Counted from the first letter of the stretch, positions 18,840-29,005 are shown. The stretch is 64,000 nt of DNA from Syntrophales bacterium (GCA_963668175.1 OY764159.1:3584001-3648000), one strand, 5' to 3'. Numbers and translations: made by a program. Notes: generated by a model not told the origin, from the letters alone.

Positions 18840-19658
18840 CTATTTAAGCGGAACGAAACCTTCTTTCTGAACGATCTTCTGTCCGGCAGGCCCCAGAAGG
18901 AATTTGATGAAATTCGCCGTTTCGCCGGCAGGCTTACCGTTGGTGTACATGAAAAGGGGACGGGCAACCGGATACGATTTATCGAGGGCCGTCTTGGCGG
19001 ATGCCGTCACACCGTTGACTGTAAGCCCTTTAATCGATTTGTTGAGGTAACCGATACCGATATAGCCGATGGCATAGCGATTCTTGGAAACGGCCTGGAC
19101 AACGGCTCCGTTCGATGCCTGCAACTGGGCCTTAGGCGTTACCTTCGCGCCGCTCAGGACCAGGTGCCCCCACGACTCGAATGTGCCCGAACTGCTGTCT
19201 CTCGATACGACTACAATGGCCAGATCGTCGCCGCCCACCTCTTTCCAGTTCGTGATTTTGCCCTGGTATATCTGGCTCAACTGATCGATGGACAACCCTT
19301 TGACTTTATTCTTGGGATTGACGATAGGGACGATGGCATCGATGGCTACGATATGCTCCATCGGATTGACACCTTTGGTCTTTGCCAGTTCGATTTCCTC
19401 TTTCTTCATGTCGCGGGATGAATTTGCGATATCCGTCGATTTATCGATCAGCGCCTTGATGCCGTCTCCTGAACCGCCGCCCGACAGAGAGATATTGATG
19501 CCGGGATGGGCCTTCATATACGCCTCCGAGGCCGCCTGGGCGATCGGAAGCACGGTCGTCGATCCTTTAATGACCACCGTACCTGCGGCCATCACGGGCA
19601 GCTGCCCCGCGAGGAACATAGCCATGGCCAGAATGATTGTCCTGATTGCTTTCGTCAT
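18840..19658 (-). CDS. pstS: Phosphate ABC transporter substrate-binding protein
   Basis: Signal peptide; KGSTTVLP, GGGSGDG, DIANSSR, SRDSSSGT, YPVARPLFMY; AGGAG RBS. Confidence 0.93.
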   Translation of the reverse strand: MTKAIRTIILAMAMFLAGQLPVMAAGTVVIKGSTTVLPIAQAASEAYMKAHPGINISLSGGGSGDGIKALIDKSTDIANSSRDMKKEEIELAKTKGVNPMEHIVAIDAIVPIVNPKNKVKGLSIDQLSQIYQGKITNWKEVGGDDLAIVVVSRDSSSGTFESWGHLVLSGAKVTPKAQLQASNGAVVQAVSKNRYAIGYIGIGYLNKSIKGLTVNGVTASAKTALDKSYPVARPLFMYTNGKPAGETANFIKFLLGPAGQKIVQKEGFVPLK

Positions 19659-19701
19659 AATGCTTCTCCTCCGTTTTTTGGCAATAATGTAATGGAACAT
19701 T

Positions 19702-19740
19702 GTTGCAGTTTGATGAAGGTATCGTGAAATATCCGTGAAG
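19702..19740 (-). promoter_or_regulatory. Pho-box-like 11-bp direct repeats upstream of pstS
   Basis: Minus strand CTTCACGGATA-TTTCACGATAC-CTTCATCAAAC-TGCAAC: TTCAC/TTCAC/TTCAT at exact 11-nt spacing. Confidence 0.55.
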
Positions 19741-19991
19741 AAGCAAGACGGTGAATCCTTGACAGGACATTCCGTTTATATTAGGACCCGGAAAAGGCTC
19801 TTTTACGGCAGGGACCGCCGACCGACAGGCCCATGCTGAAGATTATGGCCGGCGGGGAAGACGTCAATGCCCCGTACTGAGACAGGGATAAAGGAAGCGG
19901 ACATGGATGTATTCCGAACATTTTCCGGCATGTAAAGATTGGGACCTTTCTTCCGTACGCTGAATAAAATTCGCTCATGTGATTATTCCAG

Positions 19992-22043
19992 ATGACAGAC
20001 TTGACAAAATTCACAGCCGGCCGCACCTTTTTACTGATCTCCTTGTTTCTCGTGATCTTAACCTGCGGCGTCTATCTCCAGGTGAAGGATCATCAATTCA
20101 TCAACTACGACGATACGGATTATGTCGTCAGTAATGCCCACATCCGTTCTGGATTCACCCAGCCTGCCATACGATGGGCTTTTACGACCACGTATTTCAG
20201 CAACTGGCATCCCCTGACGTGGCTTTCCTATATGCTGGATTACCGTCTGTTCGGTTTGAAAGCGGGCGGCTATCATCTCGTCAATCTTCTTTTCCATGTT
20301 TTGAATACGCTGCTCCTCTTTTATCTTCTGAACCGGATGACCCATGCCGTATGGCGGAGCGCCGCAGTCGCAGCCCTTTTCGCCCTGCACCCCACCCATG
20401 TGGAATCCGTAGCATGGGTTTCGGAGCGAAAAGACGTCTTAAGCACGTTTTTCGGCCTGGCGGCCATTGGAGCCTACATTTTCTACGCAGCCAAACCCGG
20501 ATTAAAAAGATATTGGCCGGTTGTTTTGCTTTTCGTTCTGAGTCTCATGGCCAAGCCGATGCTGGTCACGCTGCCTTTCGTGCTGCTGCTTTTCGATTAC
20601 TGGCCCTTGAAGCGTTATCAGCCGCTGAAAATAGCAGCAGTCGAGGAAAAAGGGGAAGCTGAATCAGAACCCGCAAGAAAAGGCGGCAGGAAAAAGAAGA
20701 CGGATAAGCCTCGGCACAACACGCCAGTTGCCAAAGCACCGAAGCATGAAACGATCCGTATCGACTGGTCGACGGCAGGCAGGCTTTTGCTGGAGAAAGT
20801 TCCTCTTTTCATTCTTTCCGGCCTTTCCTGTATTGTAACCTATATTGCCCAGGCCAAGGGCGGGGCCATCGCCAGCTTCCAGGCCATTTCCTTTGCAGAC
20901 CGCCTGCAGAATGTCGTTCTTTCTTATGCGCGGTACATCCTGAATACCGTCTATCCCGTGAAGCTTGCTTATTTCTATCCGCAGCTTACGGCCTTTCCCG
21001 TCTGGAAGGTTGCCGGATCGCTTCTGCTTATCATCCTGATGACGGCATTCGCCTTGAGATGGATCAATCGCCGTCCCTATCTTGCCGTCGGATGGCTCTT
21101 CTTCCTCGGAACCCTGGTGCCGGTGATCGGCCTGGTGCAATTCGGATCCCTGTCCATTGCCGACCGCTACCTCTATCTCCCGGGTATCGGCCTTTACATC
21201 ATGGCCGTCTGGGGGATCTGCGATTTATCGGCAGGATGGCGGAAAAGAAGGATCATCCTCGGAATATCGAGCGGCATTGTCATTGCAACGTTGGCCGTCA
21301 TGACCTTTACCCAGATTGAAAAATGGAAGAACAGCGAGACGATTGCCACCCATGCCCTAAACGTTACAAACAACAACCACTCGGCTTATTTCAGCCTGGG
21401 ACTCGTCGCTTTGGGACAGGGACAAATAGATAAGGCCGCCGCCTATTATGAAAAGGCCCTGCAAATCGCACCCGCCAATACCGTTTATCTGAACAATATG
21501 GGCAACATCATGCAGCGCCTGGGCCGAAAACAGGAAGCCATGGCCTATTACCTGGAATCGCTACGATATTATGCCGACAACTCCGAAGCCCACTTCAACC
21601 TGGCGCATCTTCTAGCCGAACAGGGGCGGTATCAGGAAGCGGAAAGTCATTATCGGACGGTCGTCGACCTTGATCCTGACGACTATATCGCCTGTACGAT
21701 GCTTGCCGATGCTTTGGCCGCCCAGGGAAAAACCGACGACGCCCTGAAATACTATTCTCAAGCCCTCAGACAAAAAGAGGCTCTACCCAGCGTTCACTAT
21801 GCCATGGGGAGGATACTATTCGAAAGAGGCAGGCCCGACGAAGCGGCCCGATCTTTTCAGCGAGCGGTCCTTTTGAACCCCGGCAGCGCTCCGGCACATC
21901 ATTATCTCGGAAGGGCCCTTCTTGCGCAGGGGAAGTACGACGAAGCCGTTGTTCAGTTTCAGGAAGCCCTGCGCATTCAGCCGGGCAGCGAAAGCACGAA
22001 GAGGTATCTGGCAGAGGCCCTGTCGAAAACCAGGAACAGATGA
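19992..22043 (+). CDS. TMTC-like GT-C membrane glycosyltransferase with TPR repeats
   Basis: NYDD, WHPLTWLS, LHPTHVESVAWVSERKD, ADRYLYLP, followed by C-terminal TPR array. Confidence 0.88.
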   Translation: MTDLTKFTAGRTFLLISLFLVILTCGVYLQVKDHQFINYDDTDYVVSNAHIRSGFTQPAIRWAFTTTYFSNWHPLTWLSYMLDYRLFGLKAGGYHLVNLLFHVLNTLLLFYLLNRMTHAVWRSAAVAALFALHPTHVESVAWVSERKDVLSTFFGLAAIGAYIFYAAKPGLKRYWPVVLLFVLSLMAKPMLVTLPFVLLLFDYWPLKRYQPLKIAAVEEKGEAESEPARKGGRKKKTDKPRHNTPVAKAPKHETIRIDWSTAGRLLLEKVPLFILSGLSCIVTYIAQAKGGAIASFQAISFADRLQNVVLSYARYILNTVYPVKLAYFYPQLTAFPVWKVAGSLLLIILMTAFALRWINRRPYLAVGWLFFLGTLVPVIGLVQFGSLSIADRYLYLPGIGLYIMAVWGICDLSAGWRKRRIILGISSGIVIATLAVMTFTQIEKWKNSETIATHALNVTNNNHSAYFSLGLVALGQGQIDKAAAYYEKALQIAPANTVYLNNMGNIMQRLGRKQEAMAYYLESLRYYADNSEAHFNLAHLLAEQGRYQEAESHYRTVVDLDPDDYIACTMLADALAAQGKTDDALKYYSQALRQKEALPSVHYAMGRILFERGRPDEAARSFQRAVLLNPGSAPAHHYLGRALLAQGKYDEAVVQFQEALRIQPGSESTKRYLAEALSKTRNR

Positions 22044-22061
22044 GATGATGCCTTCGGCCGG

Positions 22062-23363
22062 TCAGATGTTCCGTTTGTCGACGATCGGCTGAATTTTCCC
22101 GTCCTGCCGGGGAATGTTGCCCGGCTCCACGAGCTGCAGCGTAACATCAATGCCGATGGCCGATTCGACCCGTTTTCGAAAGGCCTCCGGGAAGGACCTC
22201 TGCCTCTGCATTTCCATGGCAAAGATCTTCTCCGTCGTCTCGATGACCACGGTGAGGACGTCTTTCGCCCCCTTCCGTTCCACAACCAGTTGATAGAGCG
22301 GCTCGTCGTCGGCAATGCCGTAGAGTATCTCCCGGATCTGGGAAGGATAGATGTTCACTCCCCTGATAATCAGCATGTCGTCCGTCCGTCCCGTGGTCTT
22401 CTTCATACGCACCATCGTCCGGCCGCATTCGCAGGGCGTATAGTCAAGGCTTGTGATATCGCCGGTCCGGTAACGGATGACCGGACAGGCTTCCTTGGTG
22501 ATGGTCGTAAGCACCAGTTCACCCTCACTTCCGGGAGGGAGCACTGCCCCCGTCTTCGGGTCGATGATTTCCGGAATGAAACTGTCTTCAAAGAGATGCA
22601 TGCCCTGTTTGAGGTGGCATTCTCCCGCTACCCCGGGGCCGATGACGTCCGAAAGCCCGTAGTTGTCCGTGGCGCTTAAATGAAGCCGTTCTTCGATCTC
22701 CCGGCGGACCGCCTCCGACCAGGGTTCCCCGCCGAACAAGCCTACCTTCAGCATCAACGATTCCGGTTTGATCCCGAGTGTCTCCATCCGGTCGGCCATC
22801 GTCAGGGCATAGGTCGGCGTGCAGACCAGGACCGTCGTCTTGTAGTCCTGCATGATCGTGATCTGCTTCTCTGTGTTTCCCGTGCTCGTGGGAATGACGG
22901 AGGCCCCGATGGCTTCCGCTCCGTAGTGGAGGCCGAACGCCCCGGTGAAGAGTCCGTAGCGAAAAGCGATCTGTACGAGGTCGTCGCGGGTAACACCCGC
23001 CGCCGTCATGAACCGGGCTACGACGTTGGTCCACATGCGGATATCGTTCTTCGTATAACCGACGACCACAGGCTTGCTCGTCGTTCCGGAAGACGAATGG
23101 ATGCGTACCACTTCCCGGAGAGGTACGGCGAACATCCCGTAGGGATAGTTGAGACGCAGGTCCTCCTTGGTCGTAAAGGGGAATTTCTGCAGGTCGGAAA
23201 GGAATTTGACGTCCTCCGGGATGATCCCGGTGTCGTCGAATTTTCCCCGATAGCAGACCACATTCTTATAAACCCGGTTGACCGTCGCTTGCAGCCGTTC
23301 CAACTGCAGTTGCTCGATGTCTTCCCGCGGCATGCATTCGTGGAGCGAATCCCAGATTTTCAC
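22062..23363 (-). CDS. paaK: Phenylacetate-CoA ligase family (aryl-acetate CoA ligase)
   Basis: PFTTKEDLR, HSSSGTTSKP, YGLFTGAFG, DNYGLS, IRYRTGD, GRTDDMLIIRGVN; GTG 23363 with AGGAGGT RBS. Confidence 0.92.
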   Translation of the reverse strand: MKIWDSLHECMPREDIEQLQLERLQATVNRVYKNVVCYRGKFDDTGIIPEDVKFLSDLQKFPFTTKEDLRLNYPYGMFAVPLREVVRIHSSSGTTSKPVVVGYTKNDIRMWTNVVARFMTAAGVTRDDLVQIAFRYGLFTGAFGLHYGAEAIGASVIPTSTGNTEKQITIMQDYKTTVLVCTPTYALTMADRMETLGIKPESLMLKVGLFGGEPWSEAVRREIEERLHLSATDNYGLSDVIGPGVAGECHLKQGMHLFEDSFIPEIIDPKTGAVLPPGSEGELVLTTITKEACPVIRYRTGDITSLDYTPCECGRTMVRMKKTTGRTDDMLIIRGVNIYPSQIREILYGIADDEPLYQLVVERKGAKDVLTVVIETTEKIFAMEMQRQRSFPEAFRKRVESAIGIDVTLQLVEPGNIPRQDGKIQPIVDKRNI

Positions 23364-23385
23364 CGTACACCTCCTGCAAAACGGA

Positions 23386-24138
23386 TCATCTCTCCCATAT
23401 CTCCTTCTTGTCCTTGCCCAGATAGGCCCGCTGGACCTCCCTGTTTTCACTAAGGTCGGCCGCTGTCCCCTCCAGGATCATCCGGCCCGTCTCCAGCACA
23501 TAACCACGGTCGGCGATCTTGAGCGCCGCCCTGGCGTTTTGCTCCACCAGGAGGATGGTGGCGCCCCGTTCCCTCGCCAGCTCTTTAACGACCCGAAAGA
23601 TATCCTGGGCCACCAGCGGGGCAAGCCCCATGGACGGTTCATCGAGCAGCAGCAGCTTCGGTTTTGTCATAAGAGCGCGCCCTATGGCAAGCATTTGTTG
23701 TTCGCCTCCCGAAAGCGTCCCCGCCAGCTGTTTCCGTCTCTCCTTCAGCGTCGGAAAAAGATCGTAGATCGCTTCCAGGTTCTTTTCCGCCTCCTTCCTG
23801 CCTCCTCTCGTAAGATGGAGCCGGTAGGCGCCGAGTTGAAGATTGTCCTCCACGGACAGAGGTTTGAAGACCTGCCTGCCCTCGGGTACCTGAGAAATAC
23901 CCAGTTCGACGATCCTGTGGGGAGGCAGGTTGCTTATAGGAAGCCCCGCAAAGCGTATCTCGCCTTCCCTGGGCGGAACGATGCCCGACAGGGAATTGAG
24001 GAGGGTCGTTTTGCCTGCGCCGTTCGCCCCGATCAGGGTGACGATTTCCCCTTCGTTCAGGTGCAGGGAGAAGTTTTTCAGGGCATGGACCTGCCCGTAA
24101 TAGGTGTTGATGTTCTTGACACGCAACAGAGCTGTCAT
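23386..24138 (-). CDS. livF: HAAT-family ABC transporter ATPase
   Basis: GANGAGKT, VPEGRQVF, LSGGEQQMLAIGRALM; start at ATG 24138. Confidence 0.93.
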   Translation of the reverse strand: MTALLRVKNINTYYGQVHALKNFSLHLNEGEIVTLIGANGAGKTTLLNSLSGIVPPREGEIRFAGLPISNLPPHRIVELGISQVPEGRQVFKPLSVEDNLQLGAYRLHLTRGGRKEAEKNLEAIYDLFPTLKERRKQLAGTLSGGEQQMLAIGRALMTKPKLLLLDEPSMGLAPLVAQDIFRVVKELARERGATILLVEQNARAALKIADRGYVLETGRMILEGTAADLSENREVQRAYLGKDKKEIWER

Positions 24139-24890
24139 TATCCTTCTCCCAGATAGGCCGTAACGACGTCCCTGTTTTCCTGAATCTCCCGAGGCGTTCC
24201 CTCGGCCAGTTTTCGTCCCAGATTCAGCACGACGATCGTGTCGCAGATATCCATGATGAGTTCCATATCGTGCTCGACGAGGATCACGGTAATCCCGAGA
24301 TCCCGGACCTTCCTGATCAGGGCGGCAAGGCCGATGGTCTCCCTGCTGTTTAGGCCCGCCGCCGGTTCGTCCATGAGGATGACTTTGGGTTCGACCGCCA
24401 GCGCCCGGGCAATTTCCAGGAATCTTCCTTTTCCGAAAGGCAGGTTTCTTGCTTCGATCCCGGCCGATTCCCCCATACCCGTGAATTCCAGCCAATGGAG
24501 GCTCTTCTCGTGAATGAGCTTCTCTTCCCGGATCTGGCCGGGCAGCCTGAAGGCGCAGGAAACGATGCCGCTCGAACTTTTCGTATGAAGCCCGACCATG
24601 ACGTTCTCCAGGACCGTCATCTGGCCGAAGAGCTCCACGTTTTGAAACGTCCTCACCAAACCCAGGCCGGCCAGCTTCTCCGGCACATACCGGGAGATAT
24701 TCCGATCTTCCAGGTAAACCTCACCCGCCGTCTGCGTATAAAGCCCCGTCACGACGTTGAAGAGTGTCGTCTTGCCAGCGCCGTTGGGGCCGATGACGCC
24801 GGTGATGGTTCCCTTTTGTACGGTAAAAGAGACGTCTTCCAGGGCCGTGATCCCGCCGAAGACTTTCGTGATCCCCTCAAGCCTCAGCAT
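24138..24890 (-). CDS. livG: HAAT-family ABC transporter ATPase
   Basis: GPNGAGKTT, RTFQN, DEPAAGL, AYLG. Confidence 0.93.
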   Translation of the reverse strand: MLRLEGITKVFGGITALEDVSFTVQKGTITGVIGPNGAGKTTLFNVVTGLYTQTAGEVYLEDRNISRYVPEKLAGLGLVRTFQNVELFGQMTVLENVMVGLHTKSSSGIVSCAFRLPGQIREEKLIHEKSLHWLEFTGMGESAGIEARNLPFGKGRFLEIARALAVEPKVILMDEPAAGLNSRETIGLAALIRKVRDLGITVILVEHDMELIMDICDTIVVLNLGRKLAEGTPREIQENRDVVTAYLGEG

Positions 24891-25881
24891 GCGTCCCCCC
24901 TCCCGTCTTCCTCCTCAGCCGGGCGGTGACAATCTCAGCCAGGCGGCGAAAACCGCCCGCCAAGCCGGCCGGCATAAAGATGGTCATGACGATCAGCAAC
25001 GCCCCGTAGATGACGATATCGAAATCGTTGAAGACGCGAAGCATCTCCGGCATGAGGGTCAGAATGGCCGCCCCGAGGAACGAGCCGTAGATGCTGCCGA
25101 GGCCGCCGATGATGACCATCGTCACCAGTTCCACGGAGAGGTTGAAACCGAAGGATGCCGGCGAAATGAAGGTCATCGTATGGGCATAGAGACTGCCCGC
25201 CAGGGCGGAGAAAACGGCGGAAACGGTGAATATCTGGACTTTCAGTATCCGGGCATTGACTCCCATCACCCGGGCGGCCACTTCGGAGTCGTTGATAGCT
25301 CGAAGCGCCCGGCCGATTCTCGAATCGGACACGTTGATCGACAGCAGCATCATAACCAGGGCGAATGCCCAGATCAGGTAGTAGTTCGCCTTGTCGCTGT
25401 CGAAGACGAACGCCCCCAGGGAAAGATTCGGTATGCCCGACAGGCCCGAAGGACCGCCTGTCAGATCGACCGTTTCGTTGAGAAGGATATAGACAATGAT
25501 ACCGAAGCCGAGGGTTGCCATGGCCAGGTAATGTCCCTTGAGCTTCAGGATGGGAAAGCCGATGATAAAGGCCAGAAGGCCGATGACGACCGCCGCCAGG
25601 ACCATGGCCAACCACGGATCGACGTTGTACGCCGTCGTGAGAACCCCCGAGCCGTAGGCCCCCAGACCGAAGAAGGCGGCATGCCCCAGCGAGATCTGCC
25701 CGGCAAATCCCAACAGCAGATTGAGGGCGATGGCCAGCATCGTGTTGATGCCGACAAAGACCATCACGTTCATGAGATAACTCCCCCCCAGGAGGAAGGG
25801 CGCGGCCATCACGGCAGCGGCAAAGCAGAGAAACAGCACAAGCTCTCTTTGTCCTTTGGTCAATGTTCCGAATTTCGACAT
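24877..25881 (-). CDS. livM: HAAT-family ABC permease
   Basis: GQISLGHAAFFGLGAY, LKGHYLAMATLGF, TGGPSG, GGLGS. Confidence 0.92.
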   Translation of the reverse strand: MSKFGTLTKGQRELVLFLCFAAAVMAAPFLLGGSYLMNVMVFVGINTMLAIALNLLLGFAGQISLGHAAFFGLGAYGSGVLTTAYNVDPWLAMVLAAVVIGLLAFIIGFPILKLKGHYLAMATLGFGIIVYILLNETVDLTGGPSGLSGIPNLSLGAFVFDSDKANYYLIWAFALVMMLLSINVSDSRIGRALRAINDSEVAARVMGVNARILKVQIFTVSAVFSALAGSLYAHTMTFISPASFGFNLSVELVTMVIIGGLGSIYGSFLGAAILTLMPEMLRVFNDFDIVIYGALLIVMTIFMPAGLAGGFRRLAEIVTARLRRKTGGGTHAEA

Positions 25882-25887
25882 ACGGCG

Positions 25888-26772
25888 TCAAACCCTTTCC
25901 GCTTCCGCCTGTCCAAACAGGCCCTGCGGCCGGACAAAGAGAATAATAAGCAGGATGACGAAGACGATGGCCTCCTTGTAGCTCGCCGATACCATTCCCG
26001 CTCCGAACGATTCGAGGATTCCCAGGAGGAGCCCTCCGGCCACCATGCCGACGCCGCTGCTCATCCCGCCGATGATGGCCGTGCAGAAGCCTTTCAGCCC
26101 GAGCATGATGCCCACATCGTAAGAGGTCATCGTCAAGGGAGCGATGATGATGCCGGCCAGGGAACCCACGGCGGAACTTATGGCGAAGGAAAGCCGCACC
26201 ATCCGGACGACATCGATGCCGACCAGCCCCGCGGCCCTGCGGTTGAACGAGCAGGCGCGCATGGCCTTGCCCACGATGCTGTAATGGAAGAAAAGCCTGC
26301 TCAGGACGATGACCACGACGGTAATGCCGAAGATCCAGAGATGCTGGGGAAGGAGCGTGGCGTCCATGAAATAGAGAGGTTCGCTTCCCGTAAAGGCGGG
26401 CAGCGCGTGGGTGTCCTTTCCCCAGATCAGCATGGAGATGCCGCGGAGCAGAATACTGACGCCGATGGTGATAATGACGAGGGCGAGAGGCGTCGGCTTC
26501 TTCAGGGGCCTGATGGCAAGGTACTCGAACGCTATGCCGACGGCTGTCGAGACCGCAACAGCCAGAAGAACGGCCAGCGGCAGCGGCAGATTGAGCACGC
26601 TGAAGAAAAAGAGCGTCGCCATCCCGCCCAGCATGACGAACTCGCCCTGGGCGAAGTTGATGATGCCCGTCGCGTTAAAGATAACGGCAAAGCCGAAACC
26701 GATGAGGGCGTAAATGGCGCCGTTGGACAGTCCCGTCAGCGTATATTGTATGATTTGCCGAAAATCTTCCAT
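25888..26772 (-). CDS. livH: HAAT-family ABC permease
   Basis: GAIYALIGFG, INFAQGEF, GKAMRA, RPQGLFG. Confidence 0.92.
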   Translation of the reverse strand: MEDFRQIIQYTLTGLSNGAIYALIGFGFAVIFNATGIINFAQGEFVMLGGMATLFFFSVLNLPLPLAVLLAVAVSTAVGIAFEYLAIRPLKKPTPLALVIITIGVSILLRGISMLIWGKDTHALPAFTGSEPLYFMDATLLPQHLWIFGITVVVIVLSRLFFHYSIVGKAMRACSFNRRAAGLVGIDVVRMVRLSFAISSAVGSLAGIIIAPLTMTSYDVGIMLGLKGFCTAIIGGMSSGVGMVAGGLLLGILESFGAGMVSASYKEAIVFVILLIILFVRPQGLFGQAEAERV

Positions 26773-26777
26773 GGTTT

Positions 26778-27920
26778 CTATTTAACGAGCGACCACTTTC
26801 CCTTTTTGACCTCCACCAGAACGAAGGCGTCCTTGGTGAGTCCGGCATGATCCTGGGCGGAAAAGTTGAATATCCCGCCGATCCCGGAGAAGTTCCTGGT
26901 TTTCTCAAGCTGGTCGCGAATGGCAGCAGGTTCCGCCCCTCCGCGTTCAATGGCCCCCTTCAGGAGCATTACCGCATCCCATGCATGGCCTCCGAAATGA
27001 TCGCCTTCCGTCTTGTACACCTTTTTGTAGCCCTTTACAAAGGACGTGAGGGATTTTTTCTGCGGGTCCGAATTCGGGAGCAGATCGGCGACGAGCACAC
27101 GCCCCGAAGGCAGCACGATGCCTTCGCTCGCATCACCGGCCAGTTCGATGAACTTCTTCGAGGACACGCCGTGACTCATCAGGAGGGGTATCTTCATACC
27201 CAGTTGCTTGAAGTTCCGGGCGATGACGGCCGGACCGGGATTGGTCCCCCAGCAGATAAGCGCCTGGGCCTTGCTGTCGCGGATTTTGGTCAGCTGGGCT
27301 GTCATGTCCGTATCCTTCGGCCCATAAGTCTCATCGGAAATGATCTGGATGCCGAAACCCGCCGCCTGGCCTTTCAACTGCTCGCGACCGGACGAACCGA
27401 AGGAATCGGAAACGGTGAGCAGCGCGACGCGGTTGATATTCTTCTTTTTCAGGTATTCGTAAATCCTGGCTGCGGCCAGGGAATCGTTTTGAGCTGTTTT
27501 GAAAACCCATTTCTTGGCCGGCTCGGTGATCTTGATCCCGGCGGCACAGGAAATGAGCGGTAGCGCGGCCTTTTCAACCAGGGGGATGACCGCCATGGTA
27601 TCGCCTGTCGTACTGGGACCGATGATCGCCGCGACCTTGTCCTCCTTGATAAGGCGGTTCGCCGCCTGGACGGCTTTCGTCGCGTCGCCCTGTGTATCGT
27701 AGGTGACAAGCTGGAGCATTCGGCCGCCGATCCCGCCCGCCTTATTGATTTCGCCGACGACCATCTCGGCGGTGTTTCGTTCCGGCTCGCCCAAGAACGA
27801 CGGCGGCCCGCTTATGGAGAAGAGCGCCCCTATCTTGATGGGTGGCGCAGCCTGAACAGTTCCCGCCGCCATGACGAATGCCGCCAATACCAATACCAAC
27901 CTCAATATTCTGTGTGACAT
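26778..27920 (-). CDS. HAAT-family periplasmic substrate-binding protein (aromatic/branched acid-like)
   Basis: Signal peptide; IKIGA, INKAGGIGG, DMTAQLTKI; first gene of the liv-paaK operon; AAGGAGG RBS. Confidence 0.9.
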   Translation of the reverse strand: MSHRILRLVLVLAAFVMAAGTVQAAPPIKIGALFSISGPPSFLGEPERNTAEMVVGEINKAGGIGGRMLQLVTYDTQGDATKAVQAANRLIKEDKVAAIIGPSTTGDTMAVIPLVEKAALPLISCAAGIKITEPAKKWVFKTAQNDSLAAARIYEYLKKKNINRVALLTVSDSFGSSGREQLKGQAAGFGIQIISDETYGPKDTDMTAQLTKIRDSKAQALICWGTNPGPAVIARNFKQLGMKIPLLMSHGVSSKKFIELAGDASEGIVLPSGRVLVADLLPNSDPQKKSLTSFVKGYKKVYKTEGDHFGGHAWDAVMLLKGAIERGGAEPAAIRDQLEKTRNFSGIGGIFNFSAQDHAGLTKDAFVLVEVKKGKWSLVK

Positions 27921-28027
27921 GGTTCCCTCCTTAGGTCATAATAATTATGAACAGCTGTCGCATACAGCGGTTGACAGCGAAAAACGATTTGTCGATGGGA
28001 AAAAAGTACCGGTTCAGTCGTTGATTA

Positions 28028-28061
28028 GCCTGCTCTCCCGTTGAACGGCCGGGAAGCAGGC
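28028..28061 (-). promoter_or_regulatory. Attenuator-like hairpin directly after the leader peptide stop
   Basis: GCCUGCUUCCCG-9 nt loop-CGGGAGAGCAGGC (12 bp, one bulge); U6 about 22 nt further downstream. Confidence 0.6.
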
Positions 28062-28062
28062 A

Positions 28063-28143
28063 TTAATACTTGTAGGTATACCCGCAGGTATAGGGATGGG
28101 CTTGAAGTGAATAATGGATGGAACTAACTTTAAACATAGCCAT
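28063..28143 (-). CDS. Putative Tyr-rich leader peptide MAMFKVSSIHYSLQAHPYTCGYTYKY
   Basis: Manual translation; 5 Tyr in 26 codons, 4 of them in the last 9; ends 142 nt upstream of the SBP start; no obvious SD sequence. Confidence 0.65.
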   Translation of the reverse strand: MAMFKVSSIHYSLQAHPYTCGYTYKY

Positions 28144-28295
28144 GTCTTCGGTTAATCGTCGTTGGTTTCTCCCTAGTGGATTCAGGCCGATCTGTCAAGC
28201 ATTTTTATCGGCAAAGGAATGGGAAATGCCCCTTTCCCCCTCGTATGACCCAGTAATGCCTCGCGGCCGCGGAGAAACAGGCGGACCTGGAACGG

Positions 28296-28991
28296 TTATA
28301 GACGATAGGGAATGGGGTCTTCGATCCCAGCCTCGGCAAAACCCTTTCTGCGGAGCAGGCAGCTGTCGCACCGGCCGCACGACCGGCCGTCCGAAGCAGG
28401 GTCGTAGCAGCTGTGCGTGATGCCGTAATCGACGCCCAGTGAAATTCCCTTCATGATGATTTCCGCCTTGGTCATATGAATCAACGGCGTCCTGATACGG
28501 GTGCGAATACTGCCCTCCACACCGGCCTTCGTCGCCAGATTGGCCGTCTTTTCGAAGGCCGCGATGAATTCCGGCCGGCAGTCGGGATAGCCACTGTAAT
28601 CGATCGCATTCACACCGATAAAGATATCGGCCGCTCTCAGGACTTCCGCCCATGCCAGTGCGAAAGACAGGAAGATCGTGTTGCGCGCCGGAACATACGT
28701 GACCGGAATCCCATCGCCCAGTTCATCGGCGGAACGGTTCTTGGGGATGTCCGATTTCCCGGTAAGGGCCGATCCGCCGATGGCGGAAAGGTCGATGCGC
28801 ATAACGAGATGCTCTCTAGCGCCGAAAAAATCTGCGACCTTCTTCGCCGCCGTCAGCTCCAGGGCATGCCGCTGGCCGTAGTTAAAGCTCAGACTGTAGA
28901 TCTCGTAACCTTCCGCCCTGGCGATCGCCATCAGGGTGGTCGAATCCAGTCCTCCGCTGGTGAGGACAACGGCCCTCTTTTCGGTGCTCAT
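28296..28991 (-). CDS. queC: 7-cyano-7-deazaguanine synthase
   Basis: [35 protein letters not shown]. Confidence 0.96.
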   Translation of the reverse strand: MSTEKRAVVLTSGGLDSTTLMAIARAEGYEIYSLSFNYGQRHALELTAAKKVADFFGAREHLVMRIDLSAIGGSALTGKSDIPKNRSADELGDGIPVTYVPARNTIFLSFALAWAEVLRAADIFIGVNAIDYSGYPDCRPEFIAAFEKTANLATKAGVEGSIRTRIRTPLIHMTKAEIIMKGISLGVDYGITHSCYDPASDGRSCGRCDSCLLRRKGFAEAGIEDPIPYRL

Positions 28992-29005
28992 GCCGCCCAT
29001 CTCCT

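Noticed and set aside
28296..28991. queC as part of a DNA-modification or anti-phage (Dpd/Qat) system
   Set aside because: Canonical length and motifs with no dpd/qat neighbours; ordinary queuosine pathway gene.
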